DNA from: Candidatus Woesearchaeota archaeon
Lineage (GTDB): Archaea; Nanobdellota; Nanobdellia; SCGC-AAA011-G17; PNOQ01
Assembly (NCBI GenBank): GCA_043812195.1
Contig: JBDRML010000016.1
Coordinates: 64,001-128,000, forward strand
Direction of reading: 5' to 3'
DNA length: 64,000 nt
Shown: piece by piece, positions 61,701 through 64,000 of the stretch
Layout of the letters: every line of letters begins with the position of its first letter
How positions within the stretch are numbered: position 1 is the stretch's first letter
Made by a program: the position numbers and the translations under genes
Notes under the pieces: model-generated
The model's input: the letters and a program-made list of their open reading frames with translations, nothing else
Database searches by the model: none
Told to the model about the DNA's origin: nothing

Positions 61701-63161
61701 TGTTCTTATACTTAAATTAGCCTCGCCAGTTGTATTAAACATTACAGTCCAATTTCCGCCGACCATTGGATAGCTCCGAACATTTAATATGGTTATAGAA
61801 ACTTCATAAGTCTCATTACTCAAACTAGGAACAATCCACTCTATATAATCAACCAAACCGTTTTCATTTAAATCATAAGCATCAAAACTAACTTCTTTTT
61901 TAGAATCGTTAACCAAATGATATAATCTAACAGAATTTAGATTAACATCACTTAAATTAGTATATGCTAAAATATTTACATAATGTTCTTCACTAGAAAT
62001 AGTTATTATTTTCCTAAAATTATCAACATAAGATTCATCAGAAACAGGTCCAGGCATTAAATACTCAACTTTAACTTCTTCAAGAGGAACACCAATCTTA
62101 ATTTCTTTATCATTATTTTTAACTTTTTCTTCATAAATAACTAAACCTGTAAATGAAAATATCTTATTTAAAAATTTTAATATTTTTTCAAAATCTTTTT
62201 CAATATTCTTAACAACATTACCTGTAATAAGATTTCCAGAATCAGATTCTTCTTCAACTATATCTCCTATTTCTTCAAATTCTATTTCTGTCTCAACATT
62301 ATTCTTTATTTCTTTGACAGAAGTAATATTTGCATCGCCAGGTAATTTTATTGTCAAATTACTAGTTTCTTTATTTAATTTTATTCTTTTTTCCCATCTA
62401 ACTGGTTGGTTTATAGTAACATTATAATAAGTTGTAGTTTCATTTCCAGAATCACTTATATTAATTAAACTAACATTAGAACTAATATTAGATAAATTAC
62501 CAGAAATATTAAAAGAAACATTTGTAAAATTACCAGAGATATTGTTCTCATTTAAAGATAAATTTAAAGGAATTATAATGCCGCCAATGCTTTCATTAAT
62601 TTCAACACTTTCATTTATTTCAATACTTTGATTAATTTCAGTTGCATTAACATCTGTTTGATTTGTCTCACTCTCATTAATTTCAACTTCAGTCTCATTT
62701 GTTTCAACACTTTCATTTAACTCAGTTTCATTAATTTCTATACTTTCATTAATCTCTCCTTCTTCTATAATTTCACTTTCATTAATTTCATTTAAAATTT
62801 CACCATCAGAAATAACTTCTTCTTCTCCCCCAGAATCACCATCATCAATAATCTCCTCTTCAGAAATAACCTCTTCAGAAATAACTTCTTCACTATCAGC
62901 AGAAGAATCAGAAGAAACTTCTTCTTCACTAATCAAATCCACAATATCAACAACATCTAAACCAGTATAAGAAAAATAGCCAGCTAAAGCAAAAATAACA
63001 AAGAATACACCAATTAAAAGAGCTGTAAGTAAACTAGAAGCTTTTGGCTTTTCAGTTCCTAAATAAACGCTTTTTACTTTGCCATCTTGAGTTCTGACAC
63101 TCTTAAAATAGTATGGACCAAATTTTTTTCCACCTCTTTTAATATATTTCTTATAGACCAA
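52758..63161 (-). CDS. Giant surface protein (~3470 aa): LamG, beta-helix, Ig repeats and an embedded UbiA prenyltransferase
   Basis: Likely TTG start 63161 with SD GGGGTG; LamG (W....GVYNG....LYIDG, IDEVRIWN), NosD/beta-helix, UbiA motifs NDLFD..ID..N..RP and KDIKD..GD. Confidence 0.85.
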   Translation of the reverse strand: MVYKKYIKRGGKKFGPYYFKSVRTQDGKVKSVYLGTEKPKASSLLTALLIGVFFVIFALAGYFSYTGLDVVDIVDLISEEEVSSDSSADSEEVISEEVISEEEIIDDGDSGGEEEVISDGEILNEINESEIIEEGEINESIEINETELNESVETNETEVEINESETNQTDVNATEINQSIEINESVEINESIGGIIIPLNLSLNENNISGNFTNVSFNISGNLSNISSNVSLINISDSGNETTTYYNVTINQPVRWEKRIKLNKETSNLTIKLPGDANITSVKEIKNNVETEIEFEEIGDIVEEESDSGNLITGNVVKNIEKDFEKILKFLNKIFSFTGLVIYEEKVKNNDKEIKIGVPLEEVKVEYLMPGPVSDESYVDNFRKIITISSEEHYVNILAYTNLSDVNLNSVRLYHLVNDSKKEVSFDAYDLNENGLVDYIEWIVPSLSNETYEVSITILNVRSYPMVGGNWTVMFNTTGEANLSIRTIEGTEWSNENENYDLKFLEVKCGDNLLDYSWINDSVFISDYSCNETGYEFSKVLTSGGHYLEFNYGGQIAYANNTAYNYSSGKLSAFETIGIPISLDNYTSQASSSGYTNLTASDDSHWVTDLATADGEYDSQIFVFNTTDIYFDNLTVTWEGYGETQAGYYTNISFWNWTGSQWYQVNATDFTSAADQTLYGFIGSGINNFINSSDKRVAVLVSSVKYAAGAVSCGEGHFDNGDGTCRAILRPNAAGISTNYTTQYPDSGSHYDKVNESVADDDTTYVAQTSIQPLVYMGHSRCVLENSIVTCGVGMSTPTSYLNFSSSWTTRPSDSNSWEISDIDSLQIGIHENIEGGYGVTELYDIPSSNIPTDSMINSVTVHSRAKSVSAGRSIDIRITLVFVEVNYSLPASPFLYGYDGNEYYKISDFIPKANSVEKEYVSFTDISNLKNNNGNVKLKITEELDETTYLDYVYLRIDNDKITGINISNYNIQSLLEKSDNNYLIVNKGDEYYIDFTIPYDYTNLEFAAEGYYIKNNLINEFNNETFNDLGKIQEKNLQANDKELIRYILIFVFVISLLGLLIYTGLKNKYINDKLANCNAFFSKIENIRAPILLWIVSFLSITLIRDFLENIIETPSLLLSWLHHFEFSFFWIALFFSITLFLAFVSKENISKVSKIVTFGWLITLIAPLLDAILYFNKHFIMTYIFNNILKNYFSFYNSSLFNFGATIGIKIEIAIICFMVGVYILSKTKSWIRTLISILGVYTIIFFYMALPAIFDFVLSIFNIDYTLKYPLDFFIILFVISVITIIIFLLINHGIKIQKFIDFKFFKINKKICLILLKNIRLFRTIHYSLLTLLGISLAIFYKNGNIMDLNILKIIFLLLSMIFAWLFAVGLNDLFDVKIDKISNKNRPLISGIINKETYKIYILLFFILSVLFAAFVNYYSTNLIIYFMIAYSFIYSAPPFRFRKYFLIPNVLIGLCSLLAVLFGASLILGENTFSIIPSEIILLIFFIFTISSTLKDIKDYYGDKFNSIKTIPTIFGLNNGKRIIGILLAASFILVPIFYPIKYLIFVSIPFAVLAYLFVIKKNEKWIFILEFIFMVILIILLIFSSTLINGNLNAQDNKYSNSDNINFASNENHLHNTLYTDYIELNSGTYPAPSISFSEPTPANATSTLNTSFIINVSINDSGDDINQVIYNWNGTNYSIYDDNLVLMYNFDNVSEIGEDISGEGGENSYLVDLSGYNNSGSSTAGYSMRWNSSGKYGGAGRFSTGIADDGIQVNDSGSLKPANITIAAWVYRYDWHIYGSVVSKMSNGNWEDGYMLGSIETNNDIAFWVTNYTNIATTTIADDNKWIYLTGVYNGTTVMLYIDGILVDSSVYTDGITHSNGILQISQHNIFVTGWNGLIDEVRIWNKSLSPDEIQFMYKSNLNKYDSGKWNLNINQTKNATSVLDKGNYTYQTFAIDSFSATNSTEVREITIGDFDSPNVTLESPDTGYVTISPYVSLTCNATDNGNLNNISLYTNQTGSWMLNQSVGISGNSSVKFNLTNVTNGGYIWNCLAYDTNDNSDWGNSNWTVNISNRFRAYEKLGTPTDDSDFDSEALEEDYNALNSSDLVRWQTDLSADSGIESQIFVFYSDFAAADIGNLTVRWVGYGPASVSIQNTNISLLNYVAEGWSPFDGYDFDEAKDMNLTASTTSPTNYVQFSTNKVVVLVSAEEGAGLSGSLNSNYIVLDVYAKSTIKSGPTLIPTTAKLYNNLNCTFTLTDKDNVTILANYTWYQDGVVQLSGQDEVINNTEAIIYLGSGNTSNGENWTCGIIPYDGISYGTGVNSSVSFITNNVTCGDNITGPGSYRINASVSDYNSDCIIIDSDDVELDCGNYALDGTISGNAIYSARTSGNELTNITIRNCHLSDFNYGVYWAYVDESFIYNTSGDDADVHGFLISNSDNNYFDNLTATANGFEGFSTNVITYNNFTNLTLHTNSRDGIVFSNADFNIVKDSRFYANVRNGLYLSGSDYNAFYNLTIEDQDGTDDRGIYSFSGNDYNNFSDSIIRDNYDGIVSNGSFNNNNFTRMNITNNSNYGIYFSVSTDDNNFVYDNFFNNSNNAPTVNGADNFWNATKESGTNIISGSFIAGNYWANPTETGYSENCTDSSGDGICEAGYNLGEGEIDYMPLTYNTNLAPNVTLESPDTTYNTISPHISLTCNASEDVNLKNLTLYTNQSGYWTSNLTIDVSGTSGIVKFNLTNVTNGGYIWNCLAYDAEGTSDWASANWSFTINNSFIAYENLGVPTVPSDFDNTSTEDDYNAVNSSDNTRWSTTLAATDGEIDSQIFVYTINYTDVANLTVTWEGYGETEANYLTNISFWNWTGAFWYQVNYTDFTGATDQTVLETISSGANDFINSSDKRVAVLVSSRKYVGANCGNGILEGDEVCDSGQQEVCEWTGGYWYDSYVEDGITCAGNEGCNIDCTACINWDDCHGLVSPFVYIYKNEEYKFNSDFIAGATAPEKEYESFTDISNSEIENNKIKLKITEELDETTYLDKIYLLVNGEKVIELKSIGKDKYGFDDNLINKILLSKSDNNYLIMNQGDEYYLEFNAPKEYKKIEFAAEGYYIEHYKNKNSDYSHNSVFTDTIELEYVADLTPNASTPIIYPSTAYTDNALNCTFTIIDPDNATVLANYNWFNNTSGDVYETGQLEVKNGTTSAVNLTNTSDTYKQQEWICEIIPSDGDNVGDGYNSTSVQILNTLPTQVTLSSPEDENVTRDRSPTFIWNNASDSDNDIFNFQIQVDDDSGFGAPEINVSEIEALTYTPVDGTLSLDTNYYWKVRAADSGFGAGNGTWSATWNFTIESLLSISLVTDSLDFGNLAPGATDNSTDNTPSPFVVENDGNVLTNVSVNASQLFEQALLGEDNYQFKADSTGEAGSFNTTGSITTWTSIIADLVVVIRDLLYNAASDTAEVDILLTTPIDEPVGFKTSEVVFKGVMSEV

Positions 63162-63325
63162 CGAACACCCCTTCCCACAATCGAGACCCACCACCGCAAA
63201 TTCCGCCCATGCAAGTTCTAGAACCTATAAATTCAAAAATATCAGCATCAATTTCCTTCCCAGAATCGAAGCCCAAAACACTTCCCATTATCAGGGCTTT
63301 TCCTTCCCAAAACCTAAATTTAATC

Positions 63326-63375
63326 TTCATTTTCTCTACTCTGCCATTCATTTTCTCTACTCTGCCATTCATTTT
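63326..63375. repeat. 21-bp tandem repeat (2.4 copies)
   Basis: TTCATTTTCTCTACTCTGCCA twice, then TTCATTTT. Confidence 0.85.
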
Positions 63376-64000
63376 ATTACAACTTTCCAGTGTCCTCCTT
63401 TTGCAGGACCGACTCTTTTCAGTAATTTCTTTTTCTTAAGTTTGGATAAGTTCTCTTCAATTTTTCTTGAAGAAATCTCAATTTGTTTAGATAATTCAAC
63501 TGCTGAAATAGAAGGTTTTTTTATAATAAGTTCAAGTATTCTTTTTTGGTTTTCTGTTAATTTTTCTCCGACCCTTTCTCCGACCCTTTCTCCGACTCTT
63601 TCGGACAATTCTAAAGAATCTTTACTTTTAAAAAATATAACCCTAAAGAAACCATTTGTTTTAAATTTTACTTTTAAATCCCTTTCCTTAATTTCTTTTT
63701 TAATTCTATTAATTCCCGAACCTACTTTTTCAATTAAATTTAATCTATGGAAAACGTCAAAGAGAATTGGATTTCTAGGCATACTTATTTTTCCCAAATC
63801 CTTTTTATCAAAAAATAATTCACCTTTGTTAACAATTTCTACCCTATCATCAAATATTTCTACAAATACTCCAAATCTATCTTCAAAATAATCTCTATGG
63901 ATTAAAGCGTTTATTATCGCTTCTTTTAATGATCTATAAGGTATTTCGGGAATTTCTTTTCTAGGACCAAATCCTTTAAATTCATATTTTAATCTTAAAT
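63369..64000 (-). CDS. HATPase_c_4 + wHTH regulator (RecG-like/AlbA family), 5' end outside window
   Basis: Frame open to the window edge: EAIINALIHRDY..IFDDRVEI.N.G..RNP..EKVGSGI; ERVG repeats; RVGPAKGGHW. Confidence 0.85.
   Translation of the reverse strand, partial: LRLKYEFKGFGPRKEIPEIPYRSLKEAIINALIHRDYFEDRFGVFVEIFDDRVEIVNKGELFFDKKDLGKISMPRNPILFDVFHRLNLIEKVGSGINRIKKEIKERDLKVKFKTNGFFRVIFFKSKDSLELSERVGERVGERVGEKLTENQKRILELIIKKPSISAVELSKQIEISSRKIEENLSKLKKKKLLKRVGPAKGGHWKVVIK

Noticed and set aside
62580-62930. EINES/EEVIS repeats as a DNA element
   Set aside because: Low-complexity acidic linker, rich in N-glycosylation sequons, within the coding frame

Overview
AT-rich archaeal chromosomal window, most likely from a DPANN/Nanobdellota (Woesearchaeota/Pacearchaeota-like) genome. 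It holds core information genes (PCNA, TFS, RpoL, aMBF1, aRF1, ValRS, class I LysRS, S19e/L39e/L31e, Cbf5, TrmY, Trm11-like, Hjc, a minimal histone), an S-layer gene, a class III signal-peptide (pilin-like) cluster, large Cys-rich surface proteins and small accessory cassettes (Fic, two AAA_14-DUF4143 ATPases, four TA pairs, RelA/SpoT-like, GGDEF, NUMOD3 endonuclease). Four points read from the sequence stand out. (1) A 17-nt intron with a perfect bulge-helix-bulge (BHB) splits the catalytic Asp codon of cbf5, which implies protein-coding pre-mRNA splicing. (2) A tRNA-Phe(GAA) carries three BHB introns and a 7-nt anticodon exon. (3) Several accessory genes are flanked by direct repeats copied from gene 3' ends, stop codons or promoter elements, with no integrase in the window. 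(4) A ~3470-aa surface protein has nested insertions in a repeated module; both end in an intein-like His-Asn-(Thr/Ser) junction and one contains a whole UbiA prenyltransferase. All family assignments are by eye from motifs; no database searches were run.
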